A stretch of 53,293 bases of DNA from NCBI GenBank assembly GCA_944381095.1, contig CALWJW010000002.1, positions 1 to 53,293 of the forward strand, given 5' to 3'. This stretch comes from an uncultured Clostridia bacterium (GTDB lineage: Bacteria > Bacillota > Clostridia > Oscillospirales > CAG-272). The notes under the pieces were generated by a model. The model searched no databases and was not told where the DNA came from. It was given only the letters and a program-made list of their open reading frames with translations. The translations under genes were made by a program, and so were the position numbers. Position 1 is the stretch's first letter. Every line of letters begins with the position of its first letter. Positions 1-8,227 of this stretch are shown here, piece by piece.

Positions 1-1041
1 GTTTCCGAGACATACGATATGACGGGATATTACGTAAGCGCGGGATTTATCGATATACATACCCACGGAGGCGGCGGGAATAGATTTGAGGGAAGTGTAG
101 ATGAAATAGTTGACGGGTGCAATTTTCATTTGATGCACGGAACGACATCGATCTGCCCAACGATCTCCGCCGCGGCTCCTGATAGTATGGCTCAATCGGT
201 TGAAAACGTAAGGAAAGCGATGAACGATCCTCGTGTGAAAGGGACGATCATCGGCGCGCACCTTGAAGGACCGTATTTGTCAAGAAAGCAATCCGGGGCA
301 CAATGCGCAGATCTCATCAGCGACCCAAATGAGCAGGAGTATTTGACGCTTTTGGAGCGTTACGGTGATACGATTGCCCGTTGGAGCTACGCTCCCGAGA
401 ATGATAAGGAAGAGCACTTTGCAAAAGCACTTAAAAAATACGGAACAGTGGCGTCTGCCGGTCATACCGATGCTACTTATGACGATATGATGCGTGCAAT
501 GGAAAACGGTTGCAATCTGATCACGCATCTGTATTCATGTACGTCTACTATCACACGCGATCACGGTTTTCGCAAGCTTGGCGTGATAGAAACGGCGTAT
601 CTTTCTGACGATCTGTACGTTGAGATCATATGCGACGGAAAGCATCTGCCGCCTGAGCTGATACGAATGATCTATCAGATCAAGGGTGCGGATCGGATCG
701 CCCTTGTAACGGATAGCCTTGCCCTTGCGGGAACCGATCAGAAGCACGGCTTTATGCAGAATACGGAATTTATTATTGAGGACGGTGTCTGTAAGCTGAT
801 GGACAGAAGCGCGTTTGCGGGAAGCATCGCCACCGCAGACAGATTGGTTCGTGTAGCCGTAAAGGAAGCGAGGATCCCGATGATTGAAGCCGTGAAAATG
901 ATGACCTCAACTCCCGCAAAGATTATGAAGCTTTCAAGCAAAGGCAGAATCGCTCGCAATATGGATGCCGATCTTGTGGCTTTCGATGAGAATATTCAAC
1001 TCAAAACCGTATTTGCGCGAGGAAATACGATCCGTATATAA
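1..1041 (+). CDS. nagA: N-acetylglucosamine-6-phosphate deacetylase-like amidohydrolase, 5' end outside the window
   Basis: Frame 1 is open from nt 1 (VSETYDM...), so the N-terminus lies upstream of the window. It carries the GFIDIHTHGGGG metal-binding HxH motif and AHLEGPY, with an amidohydrolase layout typical of NagA. The stop at 1039-1041 is followed by a strong terminator. Confidence 0.75.
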   Translation, partial: VSETYDMTGYYVSAGFIDIHTHGGGGNRFEGSVDEIVDGCNFHLMHGTTSICPTISAAAPDSMAQSVENVRKAMNDPRVKGTIIGAHLEGPYLSRKQSGAQCADLISDPNEQEYLTLLERYGDTIARWSYAPENDKEEHFAKALKKYGTVASAGHTDATYDDMMRAMENGCNLITHLYSCTSTITRDHGFRKLGVIETAYLSDDLYVEIICDGKHLPPELIRMIYQIKGADRIALVTDSLALAGTDQKHGFMQNTEFIIEDGVCKLMDRSAFAGSIATADRLVRVAVKEARIPMIEAVKMMTSTPAKIMKLSSKGRIARNMDADLVAFDENIQLKTVFARGNTIRI

Positions 1042-1053
1042 ATACAATATGAG

Positions 1054-1090
1054 AAAAGCCTTGAAAACGTGGTGTTTTCAAGGCTTTTTG
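1054..1090 (+). terminator. Intrinsic terminator after nagA
   Basis: Perfect 15-bp stem AAAAGCCTTGAAAAC / GTTTTCAAGGCTTTT with a 5-nt loop and a T-run. A second small hairpin lies at 1121-1141. Confidence 0.8.
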
Positions 1091-1355
1091 ACGTTTGTGC
1101 GGACGATGTTGCTCGTTAAGAAAACGATTAATAATCGTTTTTGAGCTAAGACCTAAGACTGTGGATGAGGTCTGGCCCGTCGTTATTCGTGTGAAGACCG
1201 TTTGGGAAATGCACAGCATCTCTATATTGAACGGTGCCATTGCTTGCAGATACTGTATGTGAGGGAGTTAAAACTGATTTTTTGGGGGAAAACGTGTTAG
1301 CTCCGAATTTGTAATTTAAGTGCGGATAAACGATATCTATATGTGTATTATATAG

Positions 1356-1670
1356 TTAAGCACACGTAGTGTCAATCGATTTTTCATAATTGATCCCTTA
1401 CAGCTGTGCAGTGGAGTTATTTCTGCCGTTCGCAAGTTTATGGAGATGAAAGAACTGACACCTGCCTTGCTTAACGAACTCATAGAACGAATTGAAGTCT
1501 ATGAGACAGAAGGAACGGGTAAAAATCGGACACAGCGAATTATGATTTACTATCGATTTGTGGGGTATATCGAAATCTCCGGCGGTGACAGAAAAACACA
1601 CCACACAGCAGAAACTCGCAAGGGAGTTGCTGTTCAATACCTTACAACAAAAACCGAACAGTCGGCATAA
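1356..1670 (+). pseudogene. C-terminal fragment of a large serine recombinase (DUF4368-like tail)
   Basis: The frame is open only from 1356. AVRKFMEMKELTPALLNELIERIEVYETEGTGKNRTQRIMIYYRFVGYIEI resembles the extreme C-terminal module of TndX/TnpX-type large serine recombinases. The resolvase catalytic and recombinase domains are absent. Confidence 0.6.
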
Positions 1671-1690
1671 AGCCAAGAAAGGAAACCATT

Positions 1691-2059
1691 ATGAAAGCAA
1701 GAAAACCATCAGGTCAAATCTTAATCATATTTGAAACGGATTTGTCACAAGCTAAATCTCTTGACGAAGAAAAATTCACGCCCATATAGAAAGCAGTTTA
1801 CGACAAATTATCGGAAAACCAAAAGGAACAGATTAAACAAGGATATGGTGCGGTATATAGAGATATTGACACCGATACCGAAATTTGCTCGTTCAATATG
1901 GATTGCTACAAAGCACCGAGACTACCCGATTATCTTGCAAGATCAATTATAGAGTCATGCAGGAAATTCTATTCCGATCCGGAAAATGTTAAGAAGTATG
2001 AGGAATGGAAAAAACAACAAGATGAAGAAGCAAAGACAAAAAGAAATAGAAAAACTTAA
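1691..2059 (+). pseudogene. Hypothetical mobile-element gene interrupted by an in-frame TAG
   Basis: ATG at 1691 follows an AAAGGAAA SD. A TAG sits at 1787-1789, after which the same frame stays open for 89 more codons. The first in-frame ATG after the stop is only at 1898. The C-terminus is K/E-rich and I recognise no family. Confidence 0.5.
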
Positions 2060-2372
2060 ATAAAAACATAAAAAGGAGCAGCGAACCTGCTCCGATACAT
2101 AACTAAGGAACGAAAATAACTATTCAACATAAAGAAATCGAGTGTTCAAAACTGAAATCCGTTATGAACACCCGATATGTAAAGAGAGACTAAAAAAGAT
2201 GCCACGCTCTTTTTTTGCTGTTGGACTTGAACTGACACATATTTTACCTTGTTTCGTAATGCATGTTTAAAATGTCAGATAACGCCGAGACGCATTGTCA
2301 ACAAAAGATAGCTGCAATTGAATGTATCCATTTCAGTCATTTCCGTACTCAAATCGGCTAATAATTTATAAT

Positions 2373-2690
2373 TCATCTGTTTTCTTCGAAGACAACCGTC
2401 GACGGATATCTGCTTTGATTTATTGATTCTTTAGACTTAATCACCTGCTCCAAATCGATGCTATATAAATTTGCAATTGCTAGTGAGTAATATATTACAT
2501 CCCACAATTCTTCATCAATAGTTCCTTTAATTTGGTTGATATCCGAAGCTTTTAACCCCTTTCTCATAGCACGGGAAAGTTCGCCCACTTCTTCTGCCAA
2601 TTTCAAAAAGTAATCTTTCAAAAGCTCCGGTTTAAAATCTTTTTCTTTAATATAATTCTGCAGATATTTTATTGTTGTCTTACCATCCAT
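2373..2690 (-). CDS. MazG-like nucleotide pyrophosphohydrolase domain protein
   Basis: 105 aa. The motifs LAEEVGELSRA and DEELWDVIYYSL fit the EExxE...ExxD metal-binding pattern of the all-alpha MazG/NTP-PPase fold. Confidence 0.7.
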   Translation of the reverse strand: MDGKTTIKYLQNYIKEKDFKPELLKDYFLKLAEEVGELSRAMRKGLKASDINQIKGTIDEELWDVIYYSLAIANLYSIDLEQVIKSKESINQSRYPSTVVFEENR

Positions 2691-3095
2691 AATATACCCT
2701 CCTAATCATCCGACTATATATTTTACCAGATACATTTTTAGTATAATAGTATCCAAAAACAATGATATTTCAAATGGGAATGTGCAAGTATATACAAAAA
2801 AAAACACCATTGAATCTAAGTTTTGCAAACTCCGGTCTCAATGGCGGATTCGTCGTCATTTCTTTCCTCATAGGAAATGATTATTTTAGCTTTGACCTCT
2901 CCTTGGGGTTGTAGATACTGTGATATAATCATCTATACGGTTCATAATATTCCCCAGCAGATTCTGAAAACATAATAAATCTTTTCCTTTGTTACGACGA
3001 AGAAATGAATTAAAAAGAAGACAGCTTTAACAAGTGCATCCTTCATACATATAAAAGAAAAAGAGCCCAAAGCGCAAAATGGCTCTGGGTCTACT

Positions 3096-3182
3096 TGGTG
3101 CGGGTAAAAGGACTTGAACCTTCACGAAGTTGCCCCCACTAGAACCTGAATCTAGCGCGTCTGCCAATTCCGCCATACCCGC
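3096..3182 (-). tRNA. tRNA-Leu (anticodon CAG), class II with long variable arm, CCA encoded
   Basis: The reverse complement reads GCGGGTA...CTAGA-TTCAGGT-TCTAG...GGTTCAAGTCCTTT-TACCCGC-A-CCA. The acceptor, anticodon and T arms pair; total length is 87 nt. Confidence 0.9.
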
Positions 3183-3289
3183 GTAATAGGGTTATGCGCA
3201 AGCTTTACTTGTCATAGCTTAAATTCAACAGCCGAACTCCGGATCAAAATTTACACCGACACAGCAGGCTTAACTAACATAACATAGTT

Positions 3290-3317
3290 ATTATATCACA
3301 AAAAAACAAAATGTCAA
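3290..3317 (-). promoter_or_regulatory. Sigma-A type promoter upstream of tRNA-Leu
   Basis: The minus strand reads TTGACA (3317-3312), a 16-nt spacer ending TGA, then TATAAT (3295-3290). It lies about 105 nt upstream of the mature tRNA 5' end. Confidence 0.5.
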
Positions 3318-3341
3318 GAGGTATTGAAAAAATTTTGGTGC

Positions 3342-4295
3342 TTAGGGCAATTTTTTGACAAAAAGGGGTTTTGTCCGTATTTCGGCAGGACGGACCGTAT
3401 CTATTGCATTTTCAATTACTTCGATTTCAACAGAAGCAAAACTCCCTGCATATTCCCCGTCAAGAGTCCAGTTTACTGGGATTTCCGATTGAAGGGTAAG
3501 GTGAGAACAGTGTCTGAAAACAATCTTTTCAAAGCTGTATTTTTTGTTATAGAGACGCGTGACTGTATCAGTAAGTTCAAGGAAATTCTTAGGTTTTTTT
3601 ATAAGCATCAGTTCAAACAGTCCGTCGTTGACTTTTACATGTTTTTTATCAAGTTTTACAAGTCCGCCGATCGAGGTTGAATTGCTGATGGCTCCGAAAA
3701 TATATTCTTCCTCAATGAAACTGTCTTCTGTTTTTATTTTAAGTTTAAAAGGACGGTACTTCTGAAATTCCGATAGATTTTTGATACCCTCAAAAATATA
3801 CGCCATGTGCCCGAATTTATTTTTTATGCTTTGACTTGTGTTATACGAAATATCAGTAAAAAGACCGAAAGAAGCGACGTAAGTGAAATGCCTGCTGTAA
3901 ATATCGTCTGCTTTGAAAAGCCCAATATCAATAGGATTAAGGTCATCGGAAAGCGCAAGTTTAAGACATCCGGAAAGTCCGGAGGGAAGTCCTATACCTT
4001 TCGCAAAATCATTTGTTGACCCACACGGAATATAGCCGAGAGCAGGTCTGTTTTCTCCGGGAAAAGACATAAGACCGTTGCATACTTCATTCAGAGTGCC
4101 GTCACCTCCGACGCAGATAACTCTGTCATAATTATATGCATTTTCTGCAAGCCTTGTGGCGTGCCCCGAATAATTTGTATATCTGACAACTGCGTTAGAC
4201 ACATTTTCAGAAAAGTACCGGTTAATTTTTTCAAAAAAAGCATTGTTCTTCTTTTTTCCGGCACGCGGATTTATTATGACTAAAATGTTTTCCAA
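3342..4295 (-). CDS. Diacylglycerol/lipid kinase family protein (YegS/BmrU-like)
   Basis: 317 aa. It has an N-terminal IINPRAGKKK and a GGDGTLNEV nucleotide-binding motif. The apparent start is TTG, 9 nt after AGGAG. Confidence 0.8.
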   Translation of the reverse strand: MENILVIINPRAGKKKNNAFFEKINRYFSENVSNAVVRYTNYSGHATRLAENAYNYDRVICVGGDGTLNEVCNGLMSFPGENRPALGYIPCGSTNDFAKGIGLPSGLSGCLKLALSDDLNPIDIGLFKADDIYSRHFTYVASFGLFTDISYNTSQSIKNKFGHMAYIFEGIKNLSEFQKYRPFKLKIKTEDSFIEEEYIFGAISNSTSIGGLVKLDKKHVKVNDGLFELMLIKKPKNFLELTDTVTRLYNKKYSFEKIVFRHCSHLTLQSEIPVNWTLDGEYAGSFASVEIEVIENAIDTVRPAEIRTKPLFVKKLP

Positions 4296-4368
4296 TTGCC
4301 GTTTCTCCTTATCTCATTCAGAACAACATGTTGCACGTGACATATATATATGTATATATGATAACGCA

Positions 4369-4395
4369 TAAAAAAACCTCAGCGGTCCGCTGAGG
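4369..4395 (-). terminator. Intrinsic terminator after the lipoprotein gene
   Basis: The minus strand shows CCTCAGCG-GAC-CGCTGAGG followed by TTTTTTT. Confidence 0.75.
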
Positions 4396-4404
4396 CCGTT
4401 AAAT

Positions 4405-5904
4405 TCATAATGCTGTAATGACTCCGTCGACTGTTTGCCACTCGGTAGCGTTCCATTTTAACTCAGACACAATATATTCGAGATTGAACAGGCTGGCAAG
4501 TCTTGATGTTCCTGTTTTGGCTAAGTATTCAGTTGCAGACGTTCCGTTTACAAGAAAAGTCGCAGAGGCACTGTAAATGTTGTTTGTGAAATTGACTGCG
4601 TCATCATTGCTTTTCGGATAGGCGCAGAATGTGCCGATATTGACACGGGTGTTCATATCCGCAATTATTTCTGCATTTCCTGTTGCAAAGCAACCGTTAA
4701 CCTTGTAGTCCTGTCCTGTGAGATAAGCAAAAGCCGAAGCGGAAAATGCGGATTTGTTGCCTTTTGTCTCCGCTTTGACAGCCGAAAGAGAGTAGCAATG
4801 GGTAAACTCAGCCATGTCGACTTTCGCAGCAATTCCGGCAGCGTAAACAGAATTACCGTTACCGTTAGCTGTTACAGAAGCAGATGTAGAGTAGCAACGA
4901 GATATTTTCGAACTGTATTCTAATATGTCAGCACCTGCGACAGCAGTAACACCTCCGGCATACGCAGCACCTACATTTCCGCTTTTGTCTGAGTAAGAGG
5001 AAACTTCTGCTATTACGTCGGCGTTGTTACGGCAAGCCGTAAGCTCAGAATTCCGGATCATTCCTGCTATCCCGCCGGAATAAGAGTTGCCGTAGGTTGA
5101 AACGGATTTTACTGTTCCTGAGGTAAAACATTTTACAATGGAAGAGGAGTCGGTGACAAAAGCTACTGTGCCGCCGGCATAAGCTCTGTTTGCCGATTCG
5201 TCGGAAAGGATATTACATGATAATGAAACGTCACGCACAGAAGATTCTCTTGCAAAAGCAGCTACTCCTGCGGCATATGAACAAAAATATTTGCTTTTAG
5301 CAGTTACTTTACCGGAAATTTCACAGTTTGAAACGGTTGTATTTTGCATATATCCGGCAATTATCCCCGATAGAACAAAGCAGTATTCCGTGGTTGAATC
5401 GGAACTGATATCGGCATTTTCAAATTTAATATTGTGAATATTCGCGCTGTCAGTAACGCCGAAAAGACCGGCATAAACATATTTGAAAGTAAGTGAATTT
5501 CCTATGTCCTCCTCAGAGGTGGAGATTTTAAGGTTCTTGATAGAGAACCCCTGACCGTCGAACTCGCCTCGGAAGGGGTATCCGTAGGTTCCGATAGGGG
5601 AAAAGTCAATTCCTGAAAGATCAATGTCATTCATCAGGATATATTTTCCGTTCTGATTGATCGATTTAAGGTCATCAGGAGTTCTGATCTCGTAGACTTT
5701 GTCCTTTTCTCCCTCTCCGATAGGCGGGGTATCGTCCGGATTTTCATCGGGAGCTTCAGTATCTCCGTCTCCTGAAATCGAACCTGTAAAATCTTCATTT
5801 TCGTCTTCATCAGGATCTTCTTCGTCCTTTTTACAGGCAACAAACAAGGAGGTTATTGTGCAAAGGACCAGGATAAAAGAAATAAATTTCAGTAATCTGC
5901 GCAT
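4405..5904 (-). CDS. Secreted lipoprotein with GLUG-like glycine-rich repeats
   Basis: It has a signal peptide plus lipobox (LFVAC), then an acidic D/E/P linker. After that come repeated xAGGxAG-type motifs (SGIIAG, AAGVAA, SGGIAG, AGGVTA, AAGIAA). Its ATG directly follows the yidC stop. Confidence 0.6.
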   Translation of the reverse strand: MRRLLKFISFILVLCTITSLFVACKKDEEDPDEDENEDFTGSISGDGDTEAPDENPDDTPPIGEGEKDKVYEIRTPDDLKSINQNGKYILMNDIDLSGIDFSPIGTYGYPFRGEFDGQGFSIKNLKISTSEEDIGNSLTFKYVYAGLFGVTDSANIHNIKFENADISSDSTTEYCFVLSGIIAGYMQNTTVSNCEISGKVTAKSKYFCSYAAGVAAFARESSVRDVSLSCNILSDESANRAYAGGTVAFVTDSSSIVKCFTSGTVKSVSTYGNSYSGGIAGMIRNSELTACRNNADVIAEVSSYSDKSGNVGAAYAGGVTAVAGADILEYSSKISRCYSTSASVTANGNGNSVYAAGIAAKVDMAEFTHCYSLSAVKAETKGNKSAFSASAFAYLTGQDYKVNGCFATGNAEIIADMNTRVNIGTFCAYPKSNDDAVNFTNNIYSASATFLVNGTSATEYLAKTGTSRLASLFNLEYIVSELKWNATEWQTVDGVITAL

Positions 5905-7284
5905 TCAGGATTTCCTTTCGTCATCAGCCGATGAATTGTTATCTGTTGACTCGTTTTCAAAAATTTGAGGAATTTCCGAATCCGGCTTCTCACGATTCTC
6001 CTCAGATTGCGTTGAAGTGTTATCATCAGCAGGAGCATTTTCGTAAGGATCGTCTTCGTCTATAAAATGCAGAGAACGGATAGGATTACCATTTTTATCG
6101 AATCTCCTGCGAGCCGGCATTATCGTGTCAGCTTCGGAGCCAGCTCTATCAGGTTTTGTTTTGTCATCAACTGATTGGTTTTCACTTCCGGATTTTTCTT
6201 CCTCGTCCTCATTTTCAATGGATTCATCGCTGTCAGCGTCTTCATCATCAATCGCACTATCGATAAAATCGTCATCGTCAATATGGTGGAGTGATTTTTT
6301 ATGCGTAACCGCAATTGCCGGCTTTACGTAATTTTTGTTGTACTCCTGTTCTATCGCCAGCATTTGCTCTTCGGTATAAACCGGTATCGGATAAATTTTG
6401 CTCAGAACTATCTGTATGACAGCGCCGATGATACTCTGGTAAATCCAGTATACGCCGAGTATGGCGGGCATATTGAAGGCAAAAAATACAGTAACAAAGC
6501 ACATGATTATGCTTGTATAGAATAGTGTCTTTTGCGTCTGAGCAACTTCCGGTGAAGAAGTGTCAACGGAAGGACCGGTAAGTCTTATGACCAGTGTTGA
6601 CAAAAACTGAAAAAGTCCTACAAGAAGAGGAAGCAACGCTATAAGAGTGAATCCGAATACCGGCACCGCAGAAAGATCGATACGTCCGCCGAATATTGTA
6701 AAATCGGGTATTTTGGATAAATCCACTATGCTTTCAAATTGACCGGGGTTGTTTTTTATTACCGAGATCATTTGAAGTTCACTGAGTGAAAATTTATCAA
6801 CGGCTCCGGAAGCACTGTTGTAAAGAGTGATTATGTCGGAAGAAACGCCGTTCAGAGAGTTCTGACCCAATAAGGTGAATATAGTGTTTTTTATGTTTGA
6901 TATTATTTCAGATGAAAAAGTGCAAAGATATGTCAAAGGCATCTTCACGATGTTGTAAAGTATAATGACGATAGGCAGCTGGATAAGAAGGGGAAGACAA
7001 CCGGAGGTCAGGCTTACTTTTTCTTCACGGTACATTGCCATAATGTCATTTGACATTTCAATTTTTGCATTCTGATCTGTGCGACCTTCATAGCGTTTTC
7101 TGATAGCTCTCTCTTTCGGCTTGATTCTCGCCTGTGCCTGTGAAGATTTTTGTTGCTTGATGTTGAAATACAAAAGGATCAGCTTAATGATCAATGTAAA
7201 AAAAATGAGCGCAACTGCATAGTTATTTGTAAAGGAATAGCAGAGTCGCATGATAAACGCAAACGGTGCGGCAATCAAATTCAT
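5905..7284 (-). CDS. yidC: YidC/Oxa1-family membrane protein insertase with a long acidic C-terminal tail
   Basis: The conserved core motifs are KQQKSSQAQARIKPKERAIRKRY and GCLPLLIQLPIVIILY. The preferred start is ATG 7284 (MNLIAAPF), 7 nt after AAAGGA. The six-frame ORF extends to 7320. Confidence 0.85.
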   Translation of the reverse strand: MNLIAAPFAFIMRLCYSFTNNYAVALIFFTLIIKLILLYFNIKQQKSSQAQARIKPKERAIRKRYEGRTDQNAKIEMSNDIMAMYREEKVSLTSGCLPLLIQLPIVIILYNIVKMPLTYLCTFSSEIISNIKNTIFTLLGQNSLNGVSSDIITLYNSASGAVDKFSLSELQMISVIKNNPGQFESIVDLSKIPDFTIFGGRIDLSAVPVFGFTLIALLPLLVGLFQFLSTLVIRLTGPSVDTSSPEVAQTQKTLFYTSIIMCFVTVFFAFNMPAILGVYWIYQSIIGAVIQIVLSKIYPIPVYTEEQMLAIEQEYNKNYVKPAIAVTHKKSLHHIDDDDFIDSAIDDEDADSDESIENEDEEEKSGSENQSVDDKTKPDRAGSEADTIMPARRRFDKNGNPIRSLHFIDEDDPYENAPADDNTSTQSEENREKPDSEIPQIFENESTDNNSSADDERKS

Positions 7285-7398
7285 ATTAACATCCTTTCGG
7301 GAGCGTATACTTTCATACAAATCCGTTATATTATACTATAATAATATAATAAAAAAACAGCCAAGTTTTGAAGAAATGTAAAACTTTTAATAAATCCA

Positions 7399-7427
7399 TT
7401 GACTTTACCGGTTGAAAAGTGTATCAT
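7399..7427 (+). promoter_or_regulatory. Candidate promoter for sufC-sufBD
   Basis: TTGACT (7399-7404), 17-nt spacer, TATCAT (7422-7427). Confidence 0.35.
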
Positions 7428-7478
7428 TGTAAGGAAAAATCAAATCAATAACGTGTAAAAAACGAAAGGGAATTATAA

Positions 7479-8213
7479 ATGCTTGAAATAAAAAACCTAA
7501 CCTTTGAGGCTGATGACGGAAAAAAGAATGTCAAAATTATAGATGATATTTCGCTGACTGTGCCCGACGGTAAATTTTTGGTGATAACGGGTCCTAACGG
7601 AGGCGGAAAATCTACCCTCGCGAGACTTATAATGGGGCTTGAAACTCCTACGTCCGGAGAGATAATATACAACGGTACTGATATTACCCGCCTTTCGGTA
7701 ACTGAAAGGGCAAGGCTCGGTATAGGATATGCTTTTCAGCAGCCGCCGAGATTTAAAGGCATGACAGTCAGGAAAATGCTTTCAATAGCAAACGGGAGCG
7801 AACTGAGTGAAAAGGAGTGCTGTAACTTCCTTGCAAAAGTAGGTCTTTGCTCAGCTGAATATGTCAGCAGAGAACTTGACGGTTCACTTTCAGGCGGAGA
7901 AATGAAGAGAATTGAGATAGCGACGCTTATGGCGAGAAAACCGGAACTGGCTATATTTGATGAACCGGAAGCAGGCATAGATCTATGGAGTTTTTCTATG
8001 CTTGTCGAAACCTTTAAAAATATACAGAGAACCGCAAGCGGTACAACGATAATAATCTCACACCAGGAAAGAATAATGAATCTTGCTGATGAAATGGTGG
8101 TTATTTCGGAGGGCAGGATCAGGAAAAGCGGCGAAAAGTCGCAGATGCTCGCTGATCTGATGTGCGAGTTTTCTCCGTCGCCGCGCTGCATCAGAGCAGA
8201 AAAAGACAGTTAA
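7479..8213 (+). CDS. sufC: Fe-S cluster assembly ATPase SufC
   Basis: Walker A is GPNGGGKST, the signature is LSGGEMKR, and Walker B is LAIFDEPEAGID. There is no transmembrane domain, and it pairs with a SufB/D-family gene. Confidence 0.8.
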   Translation: MLEIKNLTFEADDGKKNVKIIDDISLTVPDGKFLVITGPNGGGKSTLARLIMGLETPTSGEIIYNGTDITRLSVTERARLGIGYAFQQPPRFKGMTVRKMLSIANGSELSEKECCNFLAKVGLCSAEYVSRELDGSLSGGEMKRIEIATLMARKPELAIFDEPEAGIDLWSFSMLVETFKNIQRTASGTTIIISHQERIMNLADEMVVISEGRIRKSGEKSQMLADLMCEFSPSPRCIRAEKDS

Positions 8214-8227
8214 CGGGAGAATATTGT

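Larger units (their letters stand above)
1356..3095. mobile_element. Decayed integrative-element remnant adjacent to tRNA-Leu
   Basis: The region contains a recombinase C-terminal fragment, a nonsense-interrupted gene and a MazG-like gene with long non-coding gaps. It abuts the 3' end of tRNA-Leu. No intact mobility gene is present and the boundaries are uncertain. Confidence 0.4.

Noticed and set aside
1320-1333. A possible att-type direct repeat of the tRNA-Leu 3' end (GTGCGGATAAACG versus GTGCGGGTAAAAG at 3098-3110).
   Set aside because: Only 11 of 13 positions match, which could be chance. Serine recombinases also do not generate long target duplications. This is not strong enough to define an element boundary.
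1787-1789. The in-frame TAG as programmed recoding (pyrrolysine or readthrough).
   Set aside because: No pyl genes or recoding signals are visible, and the context is a decayed mobile element next to a truncated recombinase. A nonsense mutation is the simpler explanation.
3324-3680. A 118-aa plus-strand ORF overlapping the 3' end of the lipid-kinase gene.
   Set aside because: It is antisense to a gene with clear family motifs and has no SD. It starts within the tRNA-Leu promoter region.
4341-4360. An alternating CATATATATATGTATATATG tract downstream of the lipid-kinase promoter region.
   Set aside because: It is short low-complexity AT sequence in an intergenic region, with no repeat-unit variation or paired element to suggest a function.
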